The position numbers and the translations under genes are program-made. The notes beneath the pieces are model-generated. The model saw nothing but the letters and a program-made list of their open reading frames with translations. It did no database searches and had not been told where the DNA came from. From an uncultured Actinomycetes bacterium (GTDB lineage Bacteria > Actinomycetota > Actinomycetes > Streptosporangiales > Streptosporangiaceae), in assembly GCA_963730065.1 (NCBI GenBank), contig CAVSQL010000023.1, positions 64,926 through 128,925 on the forward strand: 64,000 nucleotides of DNA, written 5' to 3'. Below, piece by piece: positions 19,162-29,283 of this stretch. The number at the start of each line of letters is the position of its first letter. Positions within the stretch are counted from its first letter, which is position 1.

Positions 19162-19426
19162 CTGCCCCCCCTGGCGAAAAGCGACAGAACGAGCTGCTAC
19201 ATGCCGCGTCCGGCTCCCACGAGCCGGCATTCGCGATCCTGACAGAACGAACGGATCTGTGCGTAATCAAAGTCAGCGCAAGGACGACAGCACGCCGCGC
19301 AGGCGGATACTTGCGCGCCAGGAGCAGACCAGTGCCAGTCACGGTGCGTGACACAACCCTCAGACGCAGCGTGACGCCGGATCGCTTGATACACGGGTGA
19401 TCCGCGTCCTGGCCGCCGCCAGGTGG

Positions 19427-20155
19427 TCAGTAGCTGAACTGCTCATGCCAATTGGCTGGGCGGCCCTCGCGGGTGAAGTCGAACAGGTTCCACAGCGGCT
19501 CGATGGTGCCGACGTGGCGGGGTTCTTGCCCGGGATCGACGGGTGCGTAGAAGAGTTCCGAGCCCCAGAAGTGGCGGATCGTCTGCCCGTCGCGGTGAAA
19601 CACGTTCAGCATGGGTTGCTGGGAGCCGTCGGCGGTCTCGGCCAGGTAGTCGCGGTTGTAGGTGGTGCCGGCCGAGGACAGCAGGCGCAGCCGCCGCCAG
19701 CCGCGTTCCGCGGCGAAGGTGAGGATGCGCTCGAGCGGCGCCTTCACGGCGACCGCGAGGTTGACGTGCTGGGAGACGTGCTCGGCCGCGCCATCCAGCT
19801 GATCGAGCAGTGCGGTGCAGGACGGGCACGGTCCCTGCGCCAATGGCAGCAACGCAGTTTGCCCGCCTGGCGGGCCGGGGCTGTTGTCGTCTGCGGCGCG
19901 GGGAAACATCATGCTGTAGATCACGAGCGAGTTCTTGTCTGGCGAGAACAGTTCGGACAGCCGCACACGGGTCGGCGCGCCGCCGGGCCCTTGCGCCTGA
20001 AAGACGTAGTCCTCTGGCACCACCCCACCAGGCGGCAACCGCCGCCTGGCGTCAGCCACAGCCTCCATGCCACGGCGCAGCTCGATCTCTTGGTCAAGCA
20101 GCCGGTTCCGCGCGGCCCGGTATTCGGCTGACTCTCCGGGAAACGCGACGGCCAT
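19427..20155 (-). CDS. DUF899 (thioredoxin-like) family protein
   Basis: MAVAFPGESAEYRAARNRLLDQEIELRR...LVIYSMMF...GPCPSCTALLDQLDGAAEHV...RLLSSAGTTYNRDY. ATG at 20155 with GGAGGAACC. Confidence 0.85.
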   Translation of the reverse strand: MAVAFPGESAEYRAARNRLLDQEIELRRGMEAVADARRRLPPGGVVPEDYVFQAQGPGGAPTRVRLSELFSPDKNSLVIYSMMFPRAADDNSPGPPGGQTALLPLAQGPCPSCTALLDQLDGAAEHVSQHVNLAVAVKAPLERILTFAAERGWRRLRLLSSAGTTYNRDYLAETADGSQQPMLNVFHRDGQTIRHFWGSELFYAPVDPGQEPRHVGTIEPLWNLFDFTREGRPANWHEQFSY

Positions 20156-20336
20156 GGTTCCTCCTGAGAACTTGCGCGCAGCCCTACGGTAGGCCAGCGC
20201 GTCATGCCAGGCGAGGGCGCCGCGCGCTGCGGTCACGTGTCGCGTCCGTTGGCCATACGAGCCGCCGGCAACGGCGAGAAGCCGGCCGCAACATGCACGG
20301 CAAGCGGCTTACAGGCGATACAGAACTAAGCGCGAA

Positions 20337-20867
20337 TGTGATGTCGGCAAGAATTGATAGCCGTCCATATCGGCGGCTCGGCGTGCGTTCTTTCTGGCCT
20401 TCTCTGTCACCCAGCGTAAGATCGTCGATCGCGGTGGTCAGAGGCCATCCGTTAACTCGGCTCAGGAGCGCGTCTGGTCTCGAGGGTCGCTGGTGCAGCC
20501 GGTGCTGCGAACGGGCGGCATCGCCTGCCGCGGGCTTGATCTCGTCTGGCCTGACTTGCTCCGTGTGTGGCGTGGCAGTAGGTGGTCCCCGGGCCAGTGA
20601 GCGGTGGGATGAGATGGTGTGCCAAGGGCCCCCGGTGCCGCCCGCGGCGGCCGCGGGAGGTCGCTGGAACCTTCGGGACGGGCGGACGGTTCGCTCTGGC
20701 ACCCGTCCGGCTGGTCAGCGTCCCGATGGCCGCTGGACCTAGGATCGTTCTAATTCGCCATTTGATAGAGCTATCCACTCCCCCGCTTAACCGCCAGGTG
20801 TGCAGGTGGTCAGGTTCTCCGACATCGCCGGAGCCAGCGCCCCAGCAACTTCTTAATTCCGGCCTAT
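20337..20867. repeat. Left part of a non-coding repeat element, interrupted at 20867
   Basis: 20372-20490 is about 70% identical to 25370-25485. 20738-20867 matches 43188-43364. 20337-20387 is an imperfect inverted repeat of 22603-22649. There is no credible ORF. Confidence 0.6.
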
Positions 20868-22394
20868 TCCTACAGCCGTACTTCGTTAGGGAGCCCAGTG
20901 TGACGGCGTGCGTGAGGAGGGCCGCGTCACGCACCCAGTTGGTGATCTTGACCCACTGGGGTTCCACGCTGAGCGGTAACGTTCCCGGAACGGTGCGGGC
21001 GTAGGTTGTGCCGTGTGGGGGAAGCGCAGCCAGCGGCCGGGCGGGCACCGGTGACGACGGGAGTCACGGCCCGCCGGTTCCGCGTGGCGTCACCGGCGAT
21101 TTGGGTGATCCTCCTGGGAGGTCTGGCTGCGCTGTCGCTCGTGGCCGCGATCGCGCTGACGCTCATGGCACATCAGGAGTTCAACGGGCTCGTGGCGCTG
21201 GTGATCGGCGTTCCGTGCGCGGCGGTCGGGGTGCTGGTTGCGCGGCGCCAGCCGCGCAACCCGATCGGGTGGCTCTTTCTGGTGATCGCTGCGTGTCTGT
21301 TTCTGGGCACCGATGGCTCTGACTACGCGTTCCTGGCCTACCGCCTCGGGCATCATCTTCCGCTGGGCGCGGTGGGGCTGGCGCTGGGCCAGCTGTGGGG
21401 CCCCGGCCTCGTCTTGCTGTTCGTGGTGATCCTGCTCTTCCCCGATGGCAGGCTGCCGTCCCGCTTCTGGCGCCGGGCCCTGTGGGTGTACTGCGCGATC
21501 TACGCGGTGCTGCTGGTGGCAACTGCCGTGGCGACGGCTGGTGCCCTCGCCGCGCACCCCATCCGCGTCGACGCCAGCGGCGGGCTGTCCGCTGTTAACA
21601 CCCCGGCCGGCTGGTTTAAGGCCGTCCAGGCCCCGGCAATCATCATGCTGCTCGTGCTGTCGCTGTGCTTCATCGGCCGCCAGGTGCTGAGCTGGCGGCG
21701 CTCGTCCAGTGACCGGCGCCAGCAGCTGAAGTGGCTGGCCAGCGGAGCGGCCTTCACTCTTGTCTGTGCGGGCCTTTCGGGGTCCCTCGGCTCGTCGGGC
21801 ATAACCTTCCTAAATGTGGTGGGCGGGTTTGCCTGGTTCGGCTGGGCGGCGCTGCCGGTGAGCATCGGCGTGGCGATCCTGCGGTACCGGCTGTACGACA
21901 TCGACCGGATCATCAGCCGGACCCTGGCTTATGCCATCGTGACCGGGCTGCTGATCGGGGTGTACGCCGGGCTGGTGCTGCTGGCCACCCGGGTGCTGCC
22001 GCTCTCGCTGTCCACCCCGGTCGCGGTGGCCTGCGCCACGCTGGTGGCCGCCGCGCTGTTCAACCCGCTCCGGCGGCGGGTGCAGCGCGCCGTGGACCGC
22101 CGGTTCAACCGGGCCCGCTACGACGCCGACAAGACCATCGCCGCGTTCGCGGCCCGGCTGCAAGACGCCCTCGACCTGGATGCGGTCCAAGATGACCTGG
22201 CCGGTGTCGTGCACCAGGCACTGGAACCCGCCCACGTATCAGTGTGGATCAGCCAACACGGCTGAGACTGGCTGCCAGGGACTCCGCCACCGTCAAGCCC
22301 GGCTCAGCGCGGGACCAGCAGTCCAGATTCTCCCAGATCAAGCGGCAAGCCAAGCCGCGACCCCGGGTCTTGTCACGAAGTGCGGCTGTAGGAC
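20868..22394 (+). mobile_element. 1,527-bp IR-bounded insertion with 4-bp target duplication (CTAT) and no transposase gene
   Basis: Termini are TCCTACAGCCGTACTTCGTTA (20868-) and the reverse complement of TCCTACAGCCGCACCTTCGTGA (-22394). CTAT is present at 20864-20867 and 22395-22398, but only once in the uninterrupted repeat copy at 43361-43364. Confidence 0.7.
21006..22265 (+). CDS. Polytopic membrane protein resembling the N-terminal sensor module of actinobacterial HisKA_3 histidine kinases (no kinase domains)
   Basis: About 8-10 hydrophobic spans, then ILRYRLYDIDRIISRTLAYAIVTG...AALFNPLRRRVQRAVDRRFNRARYDADKTIAAFAARLQDALDLD...LEPAHVSVWISQHG stop. The start is uncertain; GTG near 21087 is an alternative. 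Confidence 0.8.
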   Translation: MCRVGEAQPAAGRAPVTTGVTARRFRVASPAIWVILLGGLAALSLVAAIALTLMAHQEFNGLVALVIGVPCAAVGVLVARRQPRNPIGWLFLVIAACLFLGTDGSDYAFLAYRLGHHLPLGAVGLALGQLWGPGLVLLFVVILLFPDGRLPSRFWRRALWVYCAIYAVLLVATAVATAGALAAHPIRVDASGGLSAVNTPAGWFKAVQAPAIIMLLVLSLCFIGRQVLSWRRSSSDRRQQLKWLASGAAFTLVCAGLSGSLGSSGITFLNVVGGFAWFGWAALPVSIGVAILRYRLYDIDRIISRTLAYAIVTGLLIGVYAGLVLLATRVLPLSLSTPVAVACATLVAAALFNPLRRRVQRAVDRRFNRARYDADKTIAAFAARLQDALDLDAVQDDLAGVVHQALEPAHVSVWISQHG

Positions 22395-22649
22395 TATCTG
22401 GCTCGAATGCGGCCGAATGACGGGGAACGCCCAGGCCATCTTCACCATGCCCCAGCGTGTACGACTTGCCCTGCCGCGTCACACCCGCGGTCAAGATGAC
22501 AAGCAGGACCTGCTCTAGGCGCCCGTTTCCCGGTGCCCGGCAGGCAGCAGGATACCTGCTACGCATTGTGAGATCGCACGGTAGTCCCCATGCGCTGGCA
22601 GGCGCGCCTATCGCCGAATATTTGCGGCTATCGAGGCCGACCGAGACAC
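22395..22649. repeat. Right part of the interrupted non-coding repeat element
   Basis: 22395-22617 aligns with 43361-43583 with scattered substitutions and 1-nt indels, i.e. a non-coding pattern. 22603-22649 is an inverted repeat of 20337-20387. Confidence 0.6.
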
Positions 22650-22929
22650 TATGGACCTTGCGCCAGATCTTCCAGTTATGCGTGTCCTTGGCCTCGCACG
22701 ATACGGCTGCCACATCGACTGGGAGCCGCGGCATGGGCCCAGGCATGGGCCTGGTTGCCGGCGTCGCTCCAGACCCTGGCGGCACGGCCTGACCGGCCGA
22801 GTCGGGATAAAGGAGCCGACGGACGCGATGGACCGATCAGCGGACTTGCCGTCCGCCGCAGCGGTCGCGATGCCAGAACCGCGTGCGCCCCAGACGCGGC
22901 AGCGCGTGGGCGCCTGCGGGCAGCGGGCG

Positions 22930-23184
22930 CAGCGGAAGAGATCCAGGGGCTGACTGGAGATCGCGACCGGATTGCCCAGCGCCTCAACAACGTCGTGGTC
23001 CACCGGTTGTTCGCCGCCGGGACTGGGCCTCCATGCGGCGCTGCGCCTGGTTGGCGATCACCCAGAGGCGAGGATCGACCATGCCATCGGTGAACTGGAC
23101 CGGGCCAGCACGGACCTTCGGGACGCAATCTTCGATCGTGTTCCGGCAACCGCGGTCGCCCACCCGGATGGCAGCCATGGATAG
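22930..23184 (+). pseudogene. HisKA_3-like dimerisation-domain fragment, frameshifted and lacking the phospho-acceptor His
   Basis: Two frames join to read GDRDRIAQRLNNVVVHRLFAAG / LGLHAALRLVGDHPEARIDHAIGELDRASTDLRDAIFD. The usual LHD is replaced by LNN. No HATPase domain follows. Confidence 0.4.
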
Positions 23185-23323
23185 CCAGCTGATGATGTGA
23201 ATGGATTCCCCGGCGATCCGCGGCCCAGTGCCTGCTCCCGGCCGGAAGCCTGCTCGTCCCGGGTGCCGTCCTGTGTCACTGTGGTACAGGGTGCCGGGCA
23301 GATCGAGCTTGGGGGTGAGGCGC

Positions 23324-23623
23324 ATGAGTGCGCTGACCGTGTGGGTGGCCAAGGACGACGGCAGCGACATCATCCGGGCCGACGCTATTGCGGGGGTCGG
23401 CCGTGATTACAACGGCAACATCACGGCGCGGCTCGCCGGGGGCGAGGGTTCGGCCGTGACCCTCGTCGCGCCCGTCATGCCAGAAGGCCCGCACCCGCCC
23501 ATTGATTTCCACCGGCAGTTGATCAGGGTGGTCGCCGAACTGTCTGACGCGGCTGATGCCACCATTGTCCGGCCCGTCTCGGAGGGGCAGCACGGCTGGC
23601 GGTGGGTGACCGAGCCCTTGTAG
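23324..23623 (+). CDS. Hypothetical protein (99 aa)
   Basis: Internal ATG with a GGGGGTGAGG RBS: MSALTVWVAKDDGSDIIRADAIAGVGRDYNGNITARLAGGEG... I recognise no motif. Confidence 0.45.
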   Translation: MSALTVWVAKDDGSDIIRADAIAGVGRDYNGNITARLAGGEGSAVTLVAPVMPEGPHPPIDFHRQLIRVVAELSDAADATIVRPVSEGQHGWRWVTEPL

Positions 23624-23707
23624 GCGCCGTCCGGTGAGGGGGATGGTCGCCGGGTGCTGAGGTGCCCGTGACCGTTTATTCTCCGGGCCGCACGGAAAGC
23701 ACGGCCG

Positions 23708-24441
23708 GTGTTCATCGGGCCGCCGGCCGCGCAGGCGGTCACCGCGACCTTCGAGTGGAAGGAGCTGACCGCGGTCACCGGCCTGGCCTCGGCGAGCCGG
23801 GCGATCGAGCTGATCGTGGAGCAGGGCGAGGGCGCGCGGGGCGACTGGGTCAAGTCGCACTTCGGCACGTTCACCGGGATCCTGGAGGACTTCCTGGCGA
23901 TGCAGGCGGCCGACCCGGGCTTCGACCCGGCGCGGCCGGTCGAGCCCGCCTACGTCCGGCTGCCCCCTGATGTGGCGTCGGGAACGCTGATCGAGGATCT
24001 TCTCACGGCCCGGGTGGCTGATCTGTGCAATGGCCTGTATGAGGTGATGCTGCAGGTCCTGAGCCGGTACTACGTTCATCACGGCGAGACGCCCGCCGAG
24101 CTGGAGACCCTGGCCCGGACGGCCAAGTACCTGATGAACGGGGTAATGCGCCCGCTCGGCTCGCTTCTCACCACCTTGCCGGTCGGGCCCTCCCATCCCG
24201 GCCGGACCGCCGGCCCGGCCTGGAGATCGCCCGGCCCGCCTACTTCGTGCTGCCCCACCGCGAGCCGGCCTGGAAGATCATCAGCGAACGCCTCGATGTG
24301 CTGACCGAGACCTGCGGCGCCCTCGCGCACGAACCCGGTCTGGCCGCGCTCGGCGACCTCGCGGCCAAGCTGCGCTCGATGACCGGGGGCATCAGCACGC
24401 ACCTGGACGAGCGCGCCAGCCCACCTTCGGGCCGCGGCTAG
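23708..24441 (+). pseudogene. Ferritin-like (VioB-type) domain protein, N-terminally truncated and frameshifted near 24215-24245
   Basis: FEWKELTAVTGLASASRAIELIVEQGEG...LCNGLYEVMLQVLSRYYVHHGETPAELETLARTAKYLMNGVMRPLGSLLTTLPVG, then a frame change into ...ARPAYFVLPHREPAWKIISERLDVLTETC... Confidence 0.5.
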
Positions 24442-24717
24442 CCACCGTAGTAGACCGCTCCCCGTACGCCAGACCTGGGCGTGTCCAGCCGTCTGCCCGG
24501 CGGGCGCCGGAAGTCCGGCCGCTGCTCCGCCCCAGGAAGCTTCGGTGATCAGGTGGTGCTTCGAGCCGGGCCGGGCACGCCGCCCGGCAGACTGAGACGG
24601 GCGCGCGTAACTGAGGGTCTTCGCGAGCGGCCAACGCGGACACAGCCCGCACCGTGATCGAGCCCGGCCGGAAATAGGGCTTGCCCAGATTGTGCGGGTA
24701 ATGGAACCCTGCCGCTG

Positions 24718-25293
24718 ATGGAGATCACCTTGGTGAAAGCTGCCGGGCCAGGTGACCGGGACCGTGCCTACCTGGAGGTTGACGGTGTCACACGGCGCGG
24801 CCCCATTCACGTGATCCACGATCTTCCGCATCTGGTCGTCGAGTCCGTGTTCGGCATCACCGACGGGCTATGGGCAGAACTGGCGGCAGGGTCTTACGCG
24901 GCAGCCGGCCATGCGGCAACGGCCCGCGACCCCAAGCGCCACAAGCAGGGGCGAATCGTCTCCGGGGCGGCAGCCGGTGCCCCTGCCAGCCAGTGGTTGA
25001 CGTCTGGGCACCGTAGGGCGAAGACGATCACTAACTGCGTGGCCAACCGGTGGGATGATGGCCCCGACACCCCACGCGGCGTCCGGGACCGGGTGGCCCG
25101 GACAGGCGATCCATCACTGGCAGACCTGCTGGCACCGGTCGATGATGCGACGATCGCCACGGCCATCCGCGGGGTCAAACACCTGGAGCAGCGCTGGATG
25201 GTAGTGCCGCCGGGCGGGACGCTGAGGCTGTCATGGCCGCTGCCACGCGAGTTCTTCGCTGGGGCGGCCGACAGCCCTGCGGCTGACCCATGA
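24718..25293 (+). CDS. Hypothetical protein (191 aa)
   Basis: Good codon bias: MEITLVKAAGPGDRDRAYLEVDGVTRRGPIHVIHDLPHLVVESVFGITDGLWAEL... No family recognised. Confidence 0.5.
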   Translation: MEITLVKAAGPGDRDRAYLEVDGVTRRGPIHVIHDLPHLVVESVFGITDGLWAELAAGSYAAAGHAATARDPKRHKQGRIVSGAAAGAPASQWLTSGHRRAKTITNCVANRWDDGPDTPRGVRDRVARTGDPSLADLLAPVDDATIATAIRGVKHLEQRWMVVPPGGTLRLSWPLPREFFAGAADSPAADP

Positions 25294-25369
25294 CCAGGAC
25301 CAGCGTGGCACAGAACGCCCCGCTCTGCGCAGCGGCGGCCCCACTATCGAGACGCATCCCAGGCGATTA

Positions 25370-25485
25370 GGCGGCTCGGCGCGCGTTCTCCTGGCCTTCC
25401 CTCGTTACTCAGAGTGATGGCATCTATCGACGTAGCCCGATGCCGACCGCGGGCTCGGCACGGCGTGACTGGTCTGGAAGGCACC
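25370..25485. repeat. Partial copy of the non-coding repeat family
   Basis: GGCGGCTCGGCGCGCGTTCTCCTGGCCTTCCCTCG... aligns at about 70% with 20372-20490. Weaker similarity continues to about 25690. Confidence 0.5.
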
Positions 25486-25695
25486 GTCAGGGGAGGTGCC
25501 CGTCGATGCTGCGAAGGAACAGCCTAGCCACCGCTGGCTAGGTCCCCGCCCGACCGCCCGCCCCTATGCGGCTAGATCCGGGCGCGCGGACAGGCGCCAG
25601 ATAAAGACAGATCCGGGCGCCGGTGGCTGCCGTCCGCATGCCCGTGGACGTCCCTACGATGCGATCGTGCGCTGCGATGCTGGCGACGTCGATAG

Positions 25696-26190
25696 CTATC
25701 TGGCCCTGGTGCACGAGGGGCGGCCGGTCAGATCGAGGTTGTGGTTCCCGCGGGCCGAGTGGGACGCCTCGCCGGTGAAGGTGTCCAGGCCCGGCAGTTC
25801 CCGGGTTGACGGGTCGGCGATGGGCCGCTGGCGTCGATCCGCCAGCCCTGCGCGGCGTGGTCCCAGACGGCCCCGAGCAGGCGCGGCCGAAGCTGATGTG
25901 GCGCAGCAGCCCGGCTCGCGGGTGACCCGGCGCAGGTAGTCGCGGATCTCAGGCTGCCTGGAGAAGGCCCGGGGCCCAGCGGGGTTGGGCGCGAAGGACG
26001 GCCAGTACAGGGTCGACGGGATGTCGCAGGCGCAGCCCGGATAGGGATTGTCCCGCCGGACGCCGCCGGCCTCCTGCTCGCGCTCCAGTGCGGCGAAGTC
26101 CTCACCCACGCCGTTGAGCCTGGGGGCCGCGGCCAGCCCGCCGAACCCGGCCCCGGACAACGACGACGCGGACATGCTGCGGCCCGGAAT
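25696..26190 (-). pseudogene. Flavin-containing (Baeyer-Villiger type) monooxygenase N-terminal fragment, frameshifted and truncated
   Basis: SGAGFGGLAAAPRL...EDFAALEREQEAGGV(W)RDNPYPGCACDIPSTLYWPSFAPNP...QPEIRDYLRRV...FTGEASHSARGNHNLDLTG. The upstream VRVVVV lies in another frame. Confidence 0.6.
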
Positions 26191-26192
26191 CA

Positions 26193-26945
26193 GTGGTCAA
26201 GCGTGGAGCTCCGCCTAAACCTAACGTGAATCGTGTTATAGTTCCATCTGTGGCAGCAGTGGTCAAGAGCACCGAGCCTGCGGAACCGCCTGGTGCCGGG
26301 CCGGACCCGGCCGAGCCCGGCCGCCGGCGGCAGCCGGTCCAGGCCCGCAGCCGCGAGACCGTCGAGCGGATCCTCGGCGCCGCGGCCGTCCTCATCGAAG
26401 AGGGCGGCGTCGACGCCGTCACCACCCGTGCCATCGCCGGGCGGGCCGGCGTTACCGCGCCCTCGCTCTACCGTTTCTTCGCCGACCGTGAGCAGGTCCT
26501 CGACGCGCTGATCGAAGAGCATCTCGGACGGCTCAGCGTCTTCCTCGCCGAGGCCGAGGCGGGCTGGACGCCCTCGTCAGTGACGGAGTTCGTCGAGCAC
26601 GAGCTTGGCTGCTACGCCGCCTACTTCCAGGCCAACCGCAACGCGGCCCGGCTGTGGCTGGACGGGCGGGTCTCGCCGAGGGTGCGGGCGGAGGTGCTGC
26701 GCTACAACCGCCGCACCGCCCAGCGCCTGCACGGTGTGGCCGTCGCGGCCGACCTGGCCGGCCCGCAGACCGATCTGCTGGTTTTCGTGATGCTGGTCGA
26801 GCTCGGCGACCGGATCTTGGACCTGGCCTTCCGCGAGCGCCGCGACCCCGACCCCGACGTGATCGGCCACGGCCGTATCGCGCTCACCGCCTACCTTGCG
26901 GCCGCGCTGCGGTTGCAGGCCAGCACCGCCCGGCGCCGGCTCTGA
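26193..26945 (+). CDS. TetR family transcriptional regulator
   Basis: ARSRETVERILGAAAVLIEEGGVDAVTTRAIAGRAGVTAPSLYRFFADREQVLDAL. The true start is probably downstream of 26193. Confidence 0.85.
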   Translation: MVKRGAPPKPNVNRVIVPSVAAVVKSTEPAEPPGAGPDPAEPGRRRQPVQARSRETVERILGAAAVLIEEGGVDAVTTRAIAGRAGVTAPSLYRFFADREQVLDALIEEHLGRLSVFLAEAEAGWTPSSVTEFVEHELGCYAAYFQANRNAARLWLDGRVSPRVRAEVLRYNRRTAQRLHGVAVAADLAGPQTDLLVFVMLVELGDRILDLAFRERRDPDPDVIGHGRIALTAYLAAALRLQASTARRRL

Positions 26946-27884
26946 GGCCTGACGGCGGGCACTACGCCAGCCGCGCCACCACCAGACACCGGCGCCGCCG
27001 GCGTCACCGATGACGGACAGGAGGGGCCCCGTGCCGGGGAAGATCTGGTTCACCGCGCATGGCATCGGCCCGGCCGCTGGCAGCTCCCGCGGTAAGGACG
27101 CTGCCTGACCCACCAGACGCCGGGCCGGGTGATGCCGTCTTGCCCCCGGGACGTTCCACCCGGCCCGGTCCACCCTTCCCACAGAACGAACTGGTGAACA
27201 CCGGGCGGCGCTGATCCGACCAAGGCCGGGTGGCAGCCCGCAGCGCCCGGCGGCGCTGACGGCATCGTGCACGTCCTAGGATCGCTACTGGCCGAGGCGG
27301 ACCTGCTGATGGCGATCGACGGCTACCGGCGATCGTCGCCCCGGGCCCTGACGCACTGCACGCACGGCTCTGAACCATACGGCCAAGACCTCGCCCCGGG
27401 ACTCGGCTGGACGCCCGCCCGGCACCATTGCCGTAAACTCACGTGCCGCCACGCCGAGCGACTCAAGGGCCAAAGCGCAGGGCGACCCAGCGGATCTGCT
27501 CCCCCAGGAACCGCGACGCGCCGGGGTCGTGGCCGTACAGACCTCGACGATCTGCACGCGAGAGCAACCGCAGCCACTGCGCCCATCCCCGGCGCGGAGC
27601 CGGCCATCTGGGCCACGTCGAATACCCCCGGGCATGAAACCGGGCCCGCGAACGTCTCATCGGCCGACCAGAACGTTGGTCATCGACTCCGACGTTAAGC
27701 ATGCACAGCGAGCATCAGTATGCAAGACGGACGCGTACTACCTTCGGGCTAGGACCCGGGCACCGTCAGCCGTGCGCGTGACCACACAGATCACCCCGTT
27801 CGGGCGCCGCACAGGCGGCCGCGCTAGCAACCAGGTTGCCGCCCATCTCGGCGGTTCCATGCGCGTGGCGGCGACCGGCTCTAA

Positions 27885-28001
27885 TTACCGAATGTCAAGG
27901 TCGTTGGATGCAAGACCCTCGACGGCCTCAAGAACGTGCTCGCGCTGCCGGTTCAGTGCGCCCAGGAGCACCCGCTGTTCGGCTGATGGGCCCGATGGCA
28001 T
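27885..28001 (-). pseudogene. DinB/DUF664 family N-terminal stub
   Basis: MPSGPSAEQRVLLGALNRQREHVLEAVEGLASNDLDIR, then a stop. This matches only the first helix region of DUF664 proteins. Confidence 0.3.
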
Positions 28002-28265
28002 GACTGACGCTTCGCCCGATCTCGCACTCGACCTGCTCGACCATACTTCTGGACTTCTGGGCGATCGAGCTCCTTTTGACAAAGCATGACGAATCGGCCG
28101 GCCGCGAGCACCTCGATAGCATGCACGCCGATGCCCGGCCTTCCTTTGGTCGAGTCGGAACTCGAGGTTCATCGGCCCTGCAGCTGGGCTTGGGGAAGAG
28201 CGATGAGATCCTGAGGCAACTCCCGTCTACGTAGCAAAGACGACGATCTTTTGAAAGGAGCGGCG

Positions 28266-29042
28266 ATGACGAACCGGCCCGTCCCCTCGCCCGGGGCTCC
28301 CTGCTGGACCGACCTGTGGACCTCAGACATCGAGGGGAGCCGCCGGTTCTATGCTGAGCTGTTCGGCTGGCAAGCAGGGGAGCCGAGCCCCGATCACGGT
28401 GGCTACTTCATGTTCACCCGCGCCGGCATTCCGGTCGCCGGGGCGATGGGCGACATGAGCGAGAGGCGCGCCAACAACACGTGGAAGCCCTTCTTCGCTA
28501 CGGAGGACATCGAGCGCACCCTCGAGCTCGCCGCCGCGCACGGCGCCACGGTGCGTCTCCCTGCCATAGCGATCGACGATCTCGGCAGTCAGGCGGTGAT
28601 CGCCGACCCGGCGGGGGCGGTAACTGGCATCTGGCAGCCCGGCAGCTTTCCCGGCTTCACCGTGATCCACGAGCACGGCACCCCGAGCTTCATCGCCATC
28701 GACGTCCACGACTACCACAGAGAGGTCGCCTTCTATCGCCAAGTGTTCGGCTGGGATCCGCTCGAGGAGGAGGTCAACGGTCATCACTACGCCGGCTACA
28801 TGGACCCGGACAACAACCGGCCAATCGCCGGGATCGGCGACGAGGTGGAATCGTTGGCGCTCGGAGAATCGCCGCACTGGTCGGTGTTCTGGCAAAGCGA
28901 CGATGTCAACGCCTCGGTCGCGAAAGTCAGCGCGCTGGGCGGCGCGGTGCTCGCCGAGGCTGCCGACCACGGCCTCGGGCGGGTCGCCCAAGTGGCCGAC
29001 CCCTCCGGCGCGCGCTTTTGGCTCTTCCGCCCGAAGGGTTAG
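28266..29042 (+). CDS. VOC (glyoxalase/bleomycin-resistance fold) family protein, two-domain
   Basis: MTNRPVPSPGAPCWTDLWTSDIEGSRRFYAELFGWQAGE...VAGAMG... The second half repeats the motif (FYRQVFGWDP...IAGIGD). GAAAGGAG RBS. Confidence 0.85.
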   Translation: MTNRPVPSPGAPCWTDLWTSDIEGSRRFYAELFGWQAGEPSPDHGGYFMFTRAGIPVAGAMGDMSERRANNTWKPFFATEDIERTLELAAAHGATVRLPAIAIDDLGSQAVIADPAGAVTGIWQPGSFPGFTVIHEHGTPSFIAIDVHDYHREVAFYRQVFGWDPLEEEVNGHHYAGYMDPDNNRPIAGIGDEVESLALGESPHWSVFWQSDDVNASVAKVSALGGAVLAEAADHGLGRVAQVADPSGARFWLFRPKG

Positions 29043-29283
29043 GGCACGGCGGCAAGCGAGGCGAGCGAAGCTAACGACGAGATGCGCCGGTACTAGATCC
29101 CCTAATCCACAGTCATCGGGTGGTCCCCGAGGCCCGTGGATCGACAAGGGCGAACAGAACGCGCGGACAGAAGATCGCCCTCAGCGAGCAGCGCACCCAC
29201 ACGTATCGGCGGTTAGCGATCGCTATCCGGATCATGTTCGGTTGTGGGGTTGGAACTGCCTGCTGACTCCACGCTGGCAGGCG

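Noticed and set aside
19197-19394. A 65-aa Cys-rich ORF (minus strand) between the hydrolase and DUF899 genes, possibly a small metal-binding protein or ferredoxin.
   Set aside because: The Cys spacing does not match CDGSH or 4Fe-4S patterns that I know. There is no RBS, and the ORF is short, so support is insufficient.
20202-20742. A decayed IS256 transposase remnant left of the interrupted repeat (RPDGRW versus IGDGALGFW; SERWDEM versus SAESWADLL).
   Set aside because: The similarity is limited to a few residues, nucleotide identity is low, and the available space is too short for the IS256 N-terminal half. It is probably coincidental or simply part of the repeat itself.
27000-27880. Several 60-190-aa ORFs on both strands in a region with no confident gene.
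   Set aside because: No frame gives a recognisable family. This is probably heavily degraded remnants, so I left it unannotated rather than guess.
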